64,000 nt of DNA from Octopus vulgaris (taxonomy: Eukaryota), in the NCBI GenBank assembly GCA_951406725.2, contig OX597815.1, forward strand, positions 212,474,001-212,538,000, written 5' to 3'. The notes below the pieces were generated by a model, which was not told where the DNA came from, did not search any database, and saw nothing but the letters and a program-made list of their open reading frames with translations. Each line of letters starts with the position of its first letter. Position 1 is the stretch's first letter. This document shows, piece by piece, positions 1 through 12,230 of the stretch. Position numbers and translations under genes: made by a program.

Positions 1-1329
1 CTTGGTTTATTTCTCTTATTTCCAACTAAAAAAAACAATTCCCCATTCGTGACTATGTAGGCTCTTTCCTTTCAGGACATATGGAAATTCAATATTTCCT
101 TGTATTACATTAATGAAAACAATACATTCAAATGTGAACAACCCTTTATAACATGCAACTGTAATTGAACAGTGCTTTATTGACTGACCATAACACATGT
201 AACCTGAGCTGTTTGTGTTCTCTCTTATTGTAAAGTCAACAATAATGGTTTGATAGTTCAAACAATGAATAATCTATTGCACAACCCTTATAACAACAAA
301 ATGAAGCTTTGTACTTTGAACCTAGTAGAATATTACCATGTAGACTAGGTTTTAATCCCTGAAATCTCTTGTCAGAAATATAAGGCTTAAACATGCAGTG
401 TTTGTGATTGACCAAGATCATCATCATAGTTACTGTTGTCATCATCATCATTGTCATTGTCATCATTTAATGTCCATTTTTCAACACTTGCATGGATTAG
501 ACAGAATTTGTTGAGGTGGATTATTTTCTATAGCCAGATGCTTTTCCTGTCAACAACACTCACCTGTTTCCAAGTAAGGTATTATTTTCCCATGGTCATG
601 TTTTTTAAGGAAGACTGGAAATAAACAACCTTACTTGCATGATGATGATGATGATGATGATGCTCACAACCATCATCTAATGTCTAGACAAGAGTATGCA
701 CAAACAGTGACACAAATGCATGCACATGCACACATATATACAATGGGCTTCTTTCATTTTCCATCTACCTAATCCACCCACAAAAGTTTTGGTCAGCCCA
801 GGGCTATAATAGAAGACATTTGCCCAAGTTACCACCCAGTGGGACTGAACCCAAGACCACATGATTGGGAAGCAAGCTTCTTAACCACACAACCATGCCT
901 GTGCTTAAGCAGATATCCATATAAAACAGTGGTTCTTAAGTGGCAGCACCATACTGGGAGGGGTGAGCACTGTGAGCTCACAAGGAGGTAGCAAATGTGA
1001 AGAGGGTACTATGGGGTCTTGGGTGTTTAGAAAGGTTATGATTTTTCTTAGGAATAAAATATTTAAATGAAGTACAAAACTTGTATTTCAAACACATTTT
1101 CAAAAACCTTTTTGCGAGACAAAATATGAATAGGACATGGTGTTATCATTGAGCATAAGTGATGATGTTCCAAGATGCAATATACTTTCATTATTTAAAT
1201 TGAAGCTTTTGATGTAAAATAGGAGGATACAGCATCACATAATGTGGAGGACAACTGGAGGTTCCTATGGGACAACCTGTTGGGGGTTACTGACCAGATC
1301 TATGGCTGGTGCTAAGTCCCCTCTCAACA

Positions 1330-3064
1330 TGAGGTGACAACTGGTGGAACAATTTTTAGGGAAAAGTAACAGGCATGGAATTGATTGAAAGTGTGGTGGT
1401 AGCAGGGAACTGTATCAGATAGCCAGAAGGGAAGCTAGGAGACAGGTTTACTTCGCCAGAGGGGAAGCAGATAGGAAAGAAATTTGCCAATGCTCTCTGT
1501 CATGAGGACCAGAGACTTGAAGAGTTTCAAATTGCAAGACTTTGTGTGAGAGAAAATTGTGGTCATAGGAGAGAAATGTGTCCACATTGATGATGGTTCA
1601 CTTACATTTAATGATGCTCCAAAGAGAGAGGCTTGGAGATACCACTATGAAAGGTTGCTAAATGAAGAGAATGAATGGGAGAAAGAGAGTCTGCCTCTTG
1701 TCGACCCAACAGAGGGACCAGCTATCCGAATTCACAGTAGCTTGGTACATAAAGCAATTGAGGATATGAAGACAGGGAAAGCCCCCGCTCATCAGGAATA
1801 ACCGCTGAGATGCTTAAAATATCTGGTGGTGTAGGTAGGCTAAAGTCTAGACCCCCGTATAGTTAACCACATGATACACAAAGGAGTCATACCTAATGAC
1901 TGGTGTAACAGCACCATAGTCAGAGGTAAAGGTGACACCTTAGATAGAAATAATTACAGAGGTATCAAATTTTTGGATCAGGTGATGAAAATCATGAAGA
2001 GGGTCATAAGCCAAGTAATTAAGGGGAGCATTAGTGTAGATGAGATGCAGATTGGGTTTGTGCCAGGGAGAAGTACCATCGATGTGATATTTCTGGTAAG
2101 ACAGCTGCAGGAGAAATTCCTAGCCAAAGATCAACTTCTGTAGTTGGCTCTTGTTGACTTGGAGAAACCCTTTGACAGGGCCCTCCAATCCCTTATCTGG
2201 TGATCAATGCAGAAACTAGGGATACTGTCAGTAAGGTGAAGGTTGGCAACAAGTATAGTGAAGAATTCTGGGTAGGAGTAAGGGTCCACCAAGGATCAGT
2301 CCTCAGCCCCCTCTTGTTCATCATAGTCCTCCAGGCAATAACAGAGGAATTCAAGACAGGCTGCCCCTGAGAGCTCCTCTATACTGATGATCTTACTCTA
2401 ATAGCTGAGTCACTACCAGAACTAAAGACGTTTCAGATGTGGGAGTAAGGTCTAGAATCGAAGGACCTTAGAGTTAATCAAACAAAAACCAAAGTCTTAG
2501 TATGTAGGAAGGCAGACAAATCACAATTCCCTTCAGGAAAATGGCTCTGCTTGATCTATAGAAAAGGCAAAAGTAGAAACTCCATAACATGATCCCAGTG
2601 TAAGCTATGGACACATAAGAGGTGCAGCAATATCAAAGAAAGGTTAACTGAGCAGATAGTTTTTGTGGGTGGAAGATGCACAGGTGCAATAATCACTGAA
2701 GAAAACAGATTCCATCACACGCCAGGGGAAAAACTAGGAGTAGTTGATAGCTTCTGTATGCTTGTGAAGACCTTTTGAACCAGGTGAAATCGTAGTTGTG
2801 GCCAATGCCAGTGCCACGTGACTGGCATCTGTGCCAGTGGCATGTAAAAGGCACCATTTGAGCATGGCCAATGCCAGTGCCACCCGACTGGCTCCTGTGC
2901 TGGTGGTAGATAAAATAGTTGGTATTAGGAAGGGCATCTAGCTGTAGAAATCTTACCAAATCAGATTGGAGCCTGGTGCAGCCTCCCAGCCTACCAGTTC
3001 TCGGTCGAACTATCTGTCCCATGCCAGCATAGAAAGCAGGCATTAAACAATGACAATGATGATG
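1330..3064 (+). mobile_element. Degenerate RTE-clade LINE (RT, PHD-like finger, 3'UTR, (GAT)n tail)
   Basis: Frameshifted RT motifs: NYRGIKFLDQVMK, QIGFVPGRSTIDVIFLVRQLQEK, GVRVHQGSVLSPLLF, ELLYTDDL. The sequence then jumps to a 3'UTR ending in GAT repeats. Confidence 0.9.
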
Positions 3065-4182
3065 TCTTCTTTAGTAATGCCCATAAAAGTTTAACAGGGG
3101 GCTTAGTAGTTCATACAAACATCTAAAATGAAGCAAATATTGTTTGGGATAGATTGAAAGAATGTGGATAATCAGTTTCTGTTTCATTAACTCTTTTGAT
3201 ACCACTCTGACCATGACCATGCCTGATTCTTTGATAGAAATCTCCCATTTAAAAGTGATCTAAATTAAAATATTCCATTAAAATTCCATATCAATTTATT
3301 CCAATCATCATCATTCAATGTCCGTTTTCCATGCTGGCATGGGTTGGACGGTTCAATCAGGGTCTGGGAAGCCAGGAGGCTGCACCAGGCTCCAGTCTGA
3401 TCAGGCAGTGTTTCTACAGCAGGATGCCCTTCCTAACGTCAACCACTTCCTGAGTGTAGTGGGTGCTTTTTACGTGCCATTGGCACAAGGGCCAGAGGAG
3501 GCTGGCAACATCCACAATCGGTTGGTACTTTTAATGTGCCACCGACTAGCTGAATAATGGCAAAGGTATTATAAACTAAATACCGACCCTTTCTAATGAA
3601 TCACAGGCACTCATTTTGTTGATCCCAGAAGAAATACAAACACAGCTTGATTGAATGGGTAAGAAGTTCACTTTATAATCATCAGATCTGTGGTTCAATC
3701 CCACTGCCTGGCATCCAGGACAAGAAGCATTTATCAAAGCCTCAGGAATTAAAATGAGTAGACAGAAACTATGCAGAAGCCTGTCAAATGGATGGTACCT
3801 GTAATTTAACCATTTTTATACCACCCTGTCTGAAACCATTCTAAGTGGTGCCCTAGCATGGCCACAATCAAAAGACTGAATCAAGTAAAAGATAAATGAT
3901 GAAAGATCTCATTAGAACTCCAAGTATCTTAGAGAGTAATGCATGCAATAATGGTTATATTTTAGATACTGCAAGAACCACGGCTGAGACTAATGTCAAT
4001 GTGACCACGGTAAGAATATGAATAGCAGAAGTGATTTCAGAGGAAAATTAACTGAAGAATCATTATGAAGGACAGAGTTAGTTGGGAAGGACAGAAAGTG
4101 TTGTGATATACATGTAAGTTTTATAATGATGGTGAGGATGATGGGTAATAATCACCACTGCCATGGTAACAATGGGAATGAA

Positions 4183-4525
4183 GGGAGGAGGAGGAGGAGG
4201 AGGAGGAGAAAGAAAGAGAAAAAAACTAGTTAAAGCTTGTAAAACTAAGGTATATTAGAAATAATAAAAGAAAATAAGACAAGAATGAAAAAAAGAACAA
4301 AAGAAAAACAAGAAAGGAAGAAAAATAGAAAGAATAAAAGAATAAAAATAAAGAAAGGAAAAGGAAAGAAAGGGAGAGAGAAAGAAAGAAAGAAAGAAAG
4401 AAAGGAAAGAACAAAAGAAAAACAATAAAAATAGAAAAAATGGCAAGAAAGAAAAAGGAAAGAGAGAAAGACAGAAACAAAGAAAGAAGGAAGGGAAGAA
4501 AGAAAGAAAAAAAAAGAAAGAACGA

Positions 4526-4597
<72 letters not shown>

Positions 4598-4640
4598 AAA
4601 CAAGGTTATAAAATCCAATGCTGACAAGAAGAAGAAAAAA
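4183..4640 (+). repeat. (GGA)n/(GAAA)n polypurine microsatellite
   Basis: Directly visible; source of spurious K/E/R- and F/S/L-rich ORFs. Confidence 0.95.
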
Positions 4641-5490
4641 ATTACATGAAATATTTTGGAAGCATTTATAGAAAGTGAAATATATCTCACCAATATTTCT
4701 TTGCTTCTAAATCTTGTGTGGCATTAACTTAATTTTAAGTAAGAATGTATTTATATACTTGACCTTTATCTAAAATATAATTTGTGAGATAACCCACCTG
4801 CCCCACTCTACCCACCCCCGAAGAAACGCACAAGTCTGACAATTGAAATGCCAGGAAATATTAACTTTGTTGGGTTGCATCGAGATTTGGTGCCACCAGA
4901 AACACTCGATTGGCTAATGTATCACTTACCCAAACGGTTTTTATATCAGCTGATATCTGGATATATATAAATCCATTTGATTGTGTGCCTCAGCTGCTAA
5001 GGACAAGGAAGCCATTTTTGATTGGTGACAACATCAATTTTCTTCATGATGGCATCAAGGTAAAGATATTTTCATCAAAATAGATCTGAACTTAGAGTTC
5101 GGAAATGTTTCAGCTATCTTTAGATTTGTTTACATTAAAGTATGTGTGTGTGTGTATTTACACATACAGGTGAGTACGTAGGTGCAAAACAAGGTGGTAA
5201 AAATAGTACTCGAATACCAAAGGCAGAGCAATTTGCTTTTATTAAAGCTGGAAAGCAAAATCATTACAAGACTCGGAGTTTCATGTTCCAGTTCATTAGA
5301 CAGTTGTGATGAAAATGGCTGCCATGTAAACAATGTCATTTTTCACATGCGATATAGTAGTGTGGCAAAATTTGACTTGTGCAGATTAATTTCCATTATG
5401 TTCTTAATATTGTATCAAAATTGCATGCATTTATTTGTAAAGTTAAGGAAGTTATTAAAAATTGAAACCCATCAGTGACTTTTGGGACAC

Positions 5491-5493
<3 letters not shown>

Positions 5494-5586
<93 letters not shown>

Positions 5587-5612
5587 GAGAGAGAGACACA
5601 GACAGACAGACA
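5494..5612. repeat. (TA)n-(GA)n compound microsatellite
   Basis: Directly visible. It is preceded by a Tc1-like TIR remnant (minus strand TACAGAGTGTCCCAAAAGT). Confidence 0.9.
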
Positions 5613-5933
5613 AATCCCAGTTGCATGGCTTTGGGTTCAGATTATAATCTTCCCTGAAAACATGTCCAGCCATGTATTACCTCACTTGGAAACGAGTGAG
5701 GGTTGACAACAGGAAGAGCACCCAGCCTGAAAAGATGTGCCTCAATGAATTCCATGCAAGAATGGAAAAGTAGGCATTGAAATGATGATGATGGTGATGA
5801 TGATGAATTGGCTAAAATACATGCCACAAACTAAAGATTATACACCATGACTAAAATGTGTATAAAACTGGTGTTAATTATAAAGTATGTTGACGAGTTT
5901 GGAAATAGACATTATGTAAAGTTGTCAACTTAC

Positions 5934-6055
5934 GGACAGTGTCTTCGTGTACATTAGTAGTTGCTATGGAAATTGCTCCGTTTCTGTTTCTGTGAACAAC
6001 AACACCATCGCGCTCAAATTTCATACTCTCAGACTTCATCAAAGTCCTGGTATTT
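5934..6055 (-). CDS. ARHGEF28: Next coding exon of ARHGEF28/AKAP13-like RhoGEF
   Basis: Acceptor TTTTTGTTTAG|A and donor C|GTAAGT; 122 nt. The phase-2 start matches the previous exon. Open frame NTRTLMKSESMKFERDGVVVHRNRNGAISIATTNVHEDTV in non-repetitive sequence. Confidence 0.78.
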
Positions 6056-6084
6056 CTAAACAAAAATAAATAGATAACAACAAC

Positions 6085-6125
<41 letters not shown>

Positions 6126-6134
6126 ATTAATAAT

Positions 6135-7660
6135 TAATTCTTTTATTGGCCACAAGGGCTGACAAAAATCAATTATCACATAAAGGGACAAAACAGGACG
6201 AAGGGTTACAAAGGGTTTTGTCCGTTTGTGAAAAATCCGAGTAAAAACAGTTTAACAACAAAAGATTATAACAATGACAATCTCCCAAAAGGGGGAGGCG
6301 TTACAAAAGGTTCCTGGTGAAAAAAACCCATAAAAGCCAACGGGAGCCTGGTCAAAAAAAGGGGGGGGTAGAGAGGCCCCTTTCTCCTTTTATATTACCT
6401 TTTTAAATCACAGGTGTAATCTCAGAATGGCTCCTTTCATACTGGCCATTCTTGCGACATTTATCCACCTTTCATTAAACTTGCTATCAGACAGCACTTC
6501 CCTCTCTACTCATCTTCCTTTTCAAGTGAAACTTGAAAAAGTTGATGAGGCCTTGGCCAAAGAGGAAAGTGTCTGACCTTAGCCCTTTCAAACGGATCCA
6601 CCTTACCACCTCTTTTGCTACAGCCACTAGGCAAAGGAAAACTGCCTTGCCCTCCCGGTTAAAGGAGGTCGGCGGGGCAATCTTCACTATGGATTCAGCC
6701 GATAGCCGGATCCATCCTATACGCGACAGTAGCTGTTCGACATAAACTCATAGTTCAGCAATACTCGGACACTGGACGAGTGCGTGCAGAACGGTTTCGT
6801 CGTCCTGGCAGCACCTCGGGCAGGTCTGGCTGACGGCACTGCTGTGCCGGTAGAGTTTATCTCAAACAGGCAGAGCCCCTCGGTAACACTGCCAGGCGAG
6901 GGACCTCTGGAAATTATCCATTGGCCCCGGCCCGAAAGTCCTTCCAAACAGACTGCTAAGCTCGTTATTATCAACGCCTAGAGTTTCCCCAAGAACGTCG
7001 TCGCACTTTTCTTCGACTAACCCTCTGTAGAACGCTAGAGTGGAACTACTACCGATCGCATTGCCCGCTTGGCGGAAGGCAGAGAGAGCTTGACGGCACT
7101 CAAGGTGCCAAGTGCCCTTTCTTGGTCTACGTTTGATCCAGGTCTGCAGCTCTGTCAAAGAGACAAGCTGTGGAAAGTCGCGTCTGACAAAAGACGACCA
7201 CACCTGTTCACCGTCTAGGAAACGCTTGAGATGCCGTAGCCTGAGCGCCTGTCTGCGCATCAGTAAACACAGCATGCCAAGGCCTCCGTTCAGCGGTCGT
7301 TGACAGCAGATGGATTTCCTGACCAGTGGCACCTGACCCTTCCACAAAAAGTTGAAGAGCAAGCTTACCAGCGGTTGGGACAAGGGACGACGGTCAAGCG
7401 GTAATAGATGACGGATGCGATGTATGCATTCGCCACCTCCGCTCAACCTTTCAGGGACAGATTCTTCTCGACCCATTTCTGGGTGAGACATGCCACCCTA
7501 CTCATCACTTCTTCCCAGTTTTTATCCACCTGGAGGTCCGGACCGAACCAGACCCCGAGCAGTTTAACGGGTCCATCTGTCCAGCGCCCTACGATGCTGT
7601 TGGACAGCATGGACTTGCCTCTCCAGGTGCCTAGTTGCAAGCCCACGGACTTTTCCGCAT
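6135..7660 (-). mobile_element. 5'-truncated Tx1/L1-clade LINE (post-RT region, zinc finger, 3'UTR)
   Basis: KLLGVWFG, WVEKNLSLKG, FNFLWKG...RKSICCQRPLNGGLGM, AWQCYRGALPV, a CPRC...ETVLHALVQCP zinc knuckle and AKEVVRWIR. Flanked by (AAT)n on both sides. Confidence 0.88.
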
Positions 7661-7714
7661 TAATATAATAATAATAATAACGATAATAATGATAATAATA
7701 ATAATATTAATATT

Positions 7715-8020
7715 AATAAAGAGAAAGAAGAAAAAACTGAACAACTACAATGATTTGAAGGTTGTGGTCAATGAGGAGAGTAGACGTGATACCAACAGTA
7801 ATTGGCACACTTGGAAGTATCAGCACTCAACTAACAACGTGGATCGAAAAAGACTGGTGCAAATATAAAGGTAGAACACCTATGGAAATCAGCATTGCTT
7901 GGAACTGCAAGAATTCTTCACAGGGCCCACAAAACAAGTGCTTTTTAGTCTGCCTGCTGTGGACAGCTGACACTTTCCATCACGCCCAGAAAAATAAGCT
8001 GAGAGTTTTCATCAAATAAT
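7715..8020 (+). mobile_element. R4/Dong-clade LINE 3' fragment (restriction-like endonuclease)
   Basis: KLNNYNDLK...WSMRRVDVIPTVIGTLG...KSALLGTARIL; begins in a (TAA)n tract and ends in AATAAT. Confidence 0.8.
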
Positions 8021-8239
8021 AAAAAAGGGTTTCAAATTTTGGCCAGAATTTCAGGGAAGGGGAAGGGGTGTAGTCGATTACATCAACTTCAGTGTTTAAC
8101 TGTGACTTATTTTATTGACCCTGAAAAAATGAAAGACAAAATCAACCTCAACAGAATTTGAATTCAAAACATAAAGACAGATGAAATGCTGCTGAGAATT
8201 ATGCCTGGCATGCTAACAACTCTGCCAGCTCACTGCCTT

Positions 8240-8720
8240 AATAATGCCTTAATCCTCTGGGATTTTCCAGTCAACACTGACAGAACAATCCAGGCTAATC
8301 AATCAAACATAATTATTAAAGACAGGGATGAAAATACTTATAGACAACTAGATGTAAGTGTTCCCACTGATAAAAATACATCTGTAAAGGAATTTGACAA
8401 AGATAACATCCCAGGAGAACCATGTCTCAGAGAAATCCAAAAGATTGTGCTGACAAGTACTGTCCACATCCTTAGAAAAACCCTATCAATTTAAATGTCT
8501 GGGTTGTATCACATAGAGATATTTCACTACTGCCCCTGTCACTTACCCTTCCTAAGCTTTTAGTTATACTGTAACATCTGTTATCCTTCACTTGCCCTAG
8601 GGTGCTGAGTGTCTCAGTAAGTAATTGCAACAAACATGCAGACTAAAAGTAAATAACAATAATAATAATAATCATTCTCATAGATACTGCCCACATCCTA
8701 AGAAAACACTGTCAACCCAA
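8240..8720 (+). mobile_element. R4/Dong-clade LINE 3' fragments
   Basis: ILWDFPVNTDRTIQANQSNIIIKD...LDVSVP and EIQKIVLTSTVHILRKTLS; adjacent TAA repeats. Confidence 0.78.
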
Positions 8721-9754
8721 AAATATCTGATTTTTTTATAATTCTTTCAAAATCACAAATATTCCAACAAATTCTTAGCAAAACCTTAATTTCCTCAGTA
8801 TCCGGTCTCCTTTCCCTGAAATATGTCATTGATATTCATAAATAACCTCCAAAGTTAAACATCCACCTAGCTGTTACTTGAGGTCTACGGGTGAGACTTT
8901 GAACTGCTTGTGTAAAACAATAACAACTGATGATGATGATGATGATGAAGAGATATATACACACACACACACAGCAACAGCATTCTTAAGTAATATTTTC
9001 AGGAAACAAGATAGTATGAGAAAGTTCTGGGACCAGGTTTAAAAGGAAAATACACCATTTCTTCATATATTATTTACATTTGGGCGTGTTACTCCTGATC
9101 AAGTAGGCCTACAATCAAAATATTCTCCAACAATACATCTTGCTTTTGTAAGGCATGATATATCTGTGTCCATTCTTTCTTTGAGATGAAGAAAATATGA
9201 TCTAAGTGAGAAATTTAGCTACTATTTTTAACAGGTTACCTGATCTCATAGAAACTGCGTATTTTTTTTTTCTGTTTAGGAAGATTTACAAGAAAATGTA
9301 TATAGTGTAGTATTTTACAAGAGATTTTACTCTGAATTGATTAAAAACCAAGCAAATATGAAAACAAGCCAGCAACTGCTTAAACTATAATCTCCATAAC
9401 ATTTTTATTTATATATTACTTGGATGGTACATATCCCAATATTAAATTCCTAACTAGATCTACTGTTACATTCTGTAGCCTGAGGTGTTGTACAATAGCA
9501 AAAAAAAACATCCTCATAAAAATTTAGTGCAATTTTGCATCATGTAACATTGAGCAGGCCAACAGAGGTAGACCAATAGGTAATAAAACCAGACAAATTT
9601 ATTTTTAATTTTCCTATCATAAATATGTTGCCTCTAAGGAAGTTATGTAATGGAAAATCCCAATGGTTTTTGTTTTCTCATTGGTTTCAAACATTGGACA
9701 TTGGCCAATGCTGTGGCACCAACTTCAAGGCTTCTTAGTTGATCATACTGATGC

Positions 9755-9785
<31 letters not shown>

Positions 9786-9786
<1 letters not shown>

Positions 9787-10035
9787 ATCATCATCATCAT
9801 CATCGTTTAACGTCCGTTTTCCGCGCTAGCACAGGTTGGACAGTTCGACCGGGGTCTGGGAAGCCAGGGGCTGCACCAGGCTCCAGTCTGATCTGGCAGA
9901 GTTTCTACAGCTGGATGCCCTTCCTAACGCCAACCACTCCGCGAGTGTAGTGGGTGCTTTTTACATGCCACCTGCACAGGTGCCAGGGGGGTCCGGCATT
10001 GGCCACAATCGGTTGGAGCTTTTAACGTGCCACCA

Positions 10036-10038
<3 letters not shown>
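9786..10038 (-). mobile_element. RTE 3'UTR fragment with (GAT)n tail; representative of about 10 copies
   Basis: Same sequence as the 3' end of the RTE at 47650-47865. Other copies at about 3305-3545, 12412-12725, 13766-14070, 26609-26880, 49560-49920, 53600-53862, 54148-54405 and 55963-56225. Confidence 0.9.
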
Positions 10039-10075
<37 letters not shown>

Positions 10076-10719
10076 TCCGATATTATTTTTATCAATTCCA
10101 TTTGGCTGAATGATTGAGTTATGCTCTGACCATAAGTGGATGCATAACATGGACACAAATGCAAGCAAACAGGACTATGTATGTGATTAAGAAGTTTCTT
10201 TCTCAAACATGTAGTTAAAGGTTCAATCCTACTGTGCTGCAGCCTGGGCACATCAACTCCTACTTGAGCTGCAAGCTGACAAATCTTTTGTGGGAGAATT
10301 TGGGAGACAAAAACAGTATGAAGACTGTTGAACGTGTGTGCGTGTGTATGTGCGTGCGCGAGGGTGTGCGTGTGCGCAAGCGTGCATGCATGCATATGCA
10401 TATGTATGTGTGCTTGAGTGTGTGTTTATCTATGTAAATGTTTACAATCTGCACTGAGCTACAACCACAAAAACGTCGCCTTCCCCACCCAAATTTGCAC
10501 CAGAAAACTGAAACAAGACAGTGTTTGGAAAGAGATGAAAAATCAAAACACTATAATTAGAATAAATTTAATTAATAATTAATCATCATATGCAGAGTGA
10601 ACAGCAAGAATGAAAGCAATAATTTGCATATTTCTTCTTCGTATGTTCCGGCAGATTTGAACTTGAGTTTGCTGATCAATGCTGTTTCATCACAGGAGAA
10701 CAACTTCTTTATAATGAAT

Positions 10720-10777
10720 GCGTCCGTAACACTGTGACTCCCAGTGTTTCAACATAATTGTGTCTCATCAGGACTGC
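10720..10777 (-). ncRNA. Hammerhead-ribozyme-like motif (type I topology, imperfect stem I junction)
   Basis: Minus strand GCAGTC-CTGATGA-GACA caatta TGTT-GAAA-CACTG ggagtca CAGTG-T-T-ACG-GACGC. Confidence 0.45.
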
Positions 10778-11094
10778 TGAATCTAACTAGATTTCGGGGC
10801 TTTTGTTTATAACACCAGCAAACTAATTAAGGTATTATTTCAAACTTCATTTAGTTTCAGTGTGATCAAATTAATACTTCGTTTGTCCAACATATAAAGT
10901 CCTTTTTCTAAATTCATAAATTTCATAAATATTCAATGGGGAGTAGCACTGAATCTCCTCTTACTGTCCCTCCCTATTACTGACTTTCTCTCACTAACTC
11001 CTGATGCAACTGTTTCCTTTTCCCTTCTATTGCTCCTCCCACTCTCTCTACTAACAGCTTCTCACCAAAATAAACCTGTTCTTCCCATCATATA

Positions 11095-11310
11095 CTCTTT
11101 TACTCTTACTTGTTTCAGTCATTTTGACTGTGGCCATGCTGGAGCACCGCCTTTAGTCGAGCAAATCAACCCCAGGACGTATTCTTTGTAAGCCTAGTAC
11201 TTATTCTATCGGTCTCTTATGCCAAACTGCTAAGTTATGGGGACGTAAACACACCAGCATCGGTTGTCAAGCAATGTTGGGGGGGAGGGGGCAAACACAG
11301 ACACACACAC

Positions 11311-11346
<36 letters not shown>

Positions 11347-11380
11347 TTAGGGGGCATAATAGTGGTTTTATCTCCAATTC

Positions 11381-11427
<47 letters not shown>

Positions 11428-11613
11428 ATGTATATACACACATATACATGACGGGCTTCTTTCAGTTTCCGTCTACCAAATCCACTCACAAGGCTTCGGT
11501 CGGTCCGAGGCTATAGTAGAAGACACTTGCCCAAAGTGCCACGCAGTGGGACTGAACCCGGAACCATGTGGTTGGTAAGCAAGCTACTTACCACACAGCC
11601 ACTCCTGCACCTA
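11095..11613 (-). mobile_element. tRNA-derived CORE-like SINE (octopus OR2-like), full length
   Basis: Head with A/B-box-like TGGCTGTGTGGT and GGTTCAGTCCC, CORE-like ACTTTGGGCAAGTG, internal microsatellite, and tail GCTCCAGCATGGCC...GACTGAAACAAGTAA. Many copies in the window. Confidence 0.85.
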
Positions 11614-11998
11614 TATATGTTAACTTTTCAATATCTCACCGAAAGTCACCAGTCCCTCTCTCCTGTTCTTTCCCTCAATTATGAGAACTCATTAGTCTGT
11701 GAGTTACAAGGTGAACTCACTACAGGTTGTGCCACAATGATGAACTCAATACACTGCAAAGTGGTTGGTAAACCAAGCAGAGATAATACTGGACTGAGAA
11801 GAGGACCTCTACAGTGAGGTACCATGCAAAAAAAGAAATGTACCCAGTACAACTTGTTAAATGATTAGTGTTATGAAGAACATCCATGCCAAAACTGAGA
11901 CATTGGAGCAACACATGGTTCACCCAACTTATTGGATTCTGTCAAATCAACCAATACATGTCAACAAGGAAAGTAACGATGATGATGATGATGATGAT

Positions 11999-12230
11999 TT
12001 AACCCTTTAGCATTTAAACTAGCCATATCCAGCCCAAAGTATTTTGCCTGTGTTATGTTCAAAGTGGCCAGATCTGACCTCTTACACCTATCCAACAATG
12101 TCATTATAAAAATAAACAATCAATCATCAAAATCTCAAAGCTACATGATGATGAATGATTAAATCGAAACAATTTGAATAAATAAATAAGCATTAGATTT
12201 GACAAATTAATCTGAATGTTAAAGGGTCAA
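11999..12230. mobile_element. piggyBac-like MITE
   Basis: TTAA-CCCTTTAGCATT ... AATGTTAAAGGG-TCAA termini. Related copies at 33259-33465, 38972-39554 and, partially, 24300-24410. Confidence 0.7.

Noticed and set aside
11540-11613. tRNA-like A/B boxes
   Set aside because: These are SINE heads with no cloverleaf and continue into the SINE body; no true tRNA or rRNA gene was seen.
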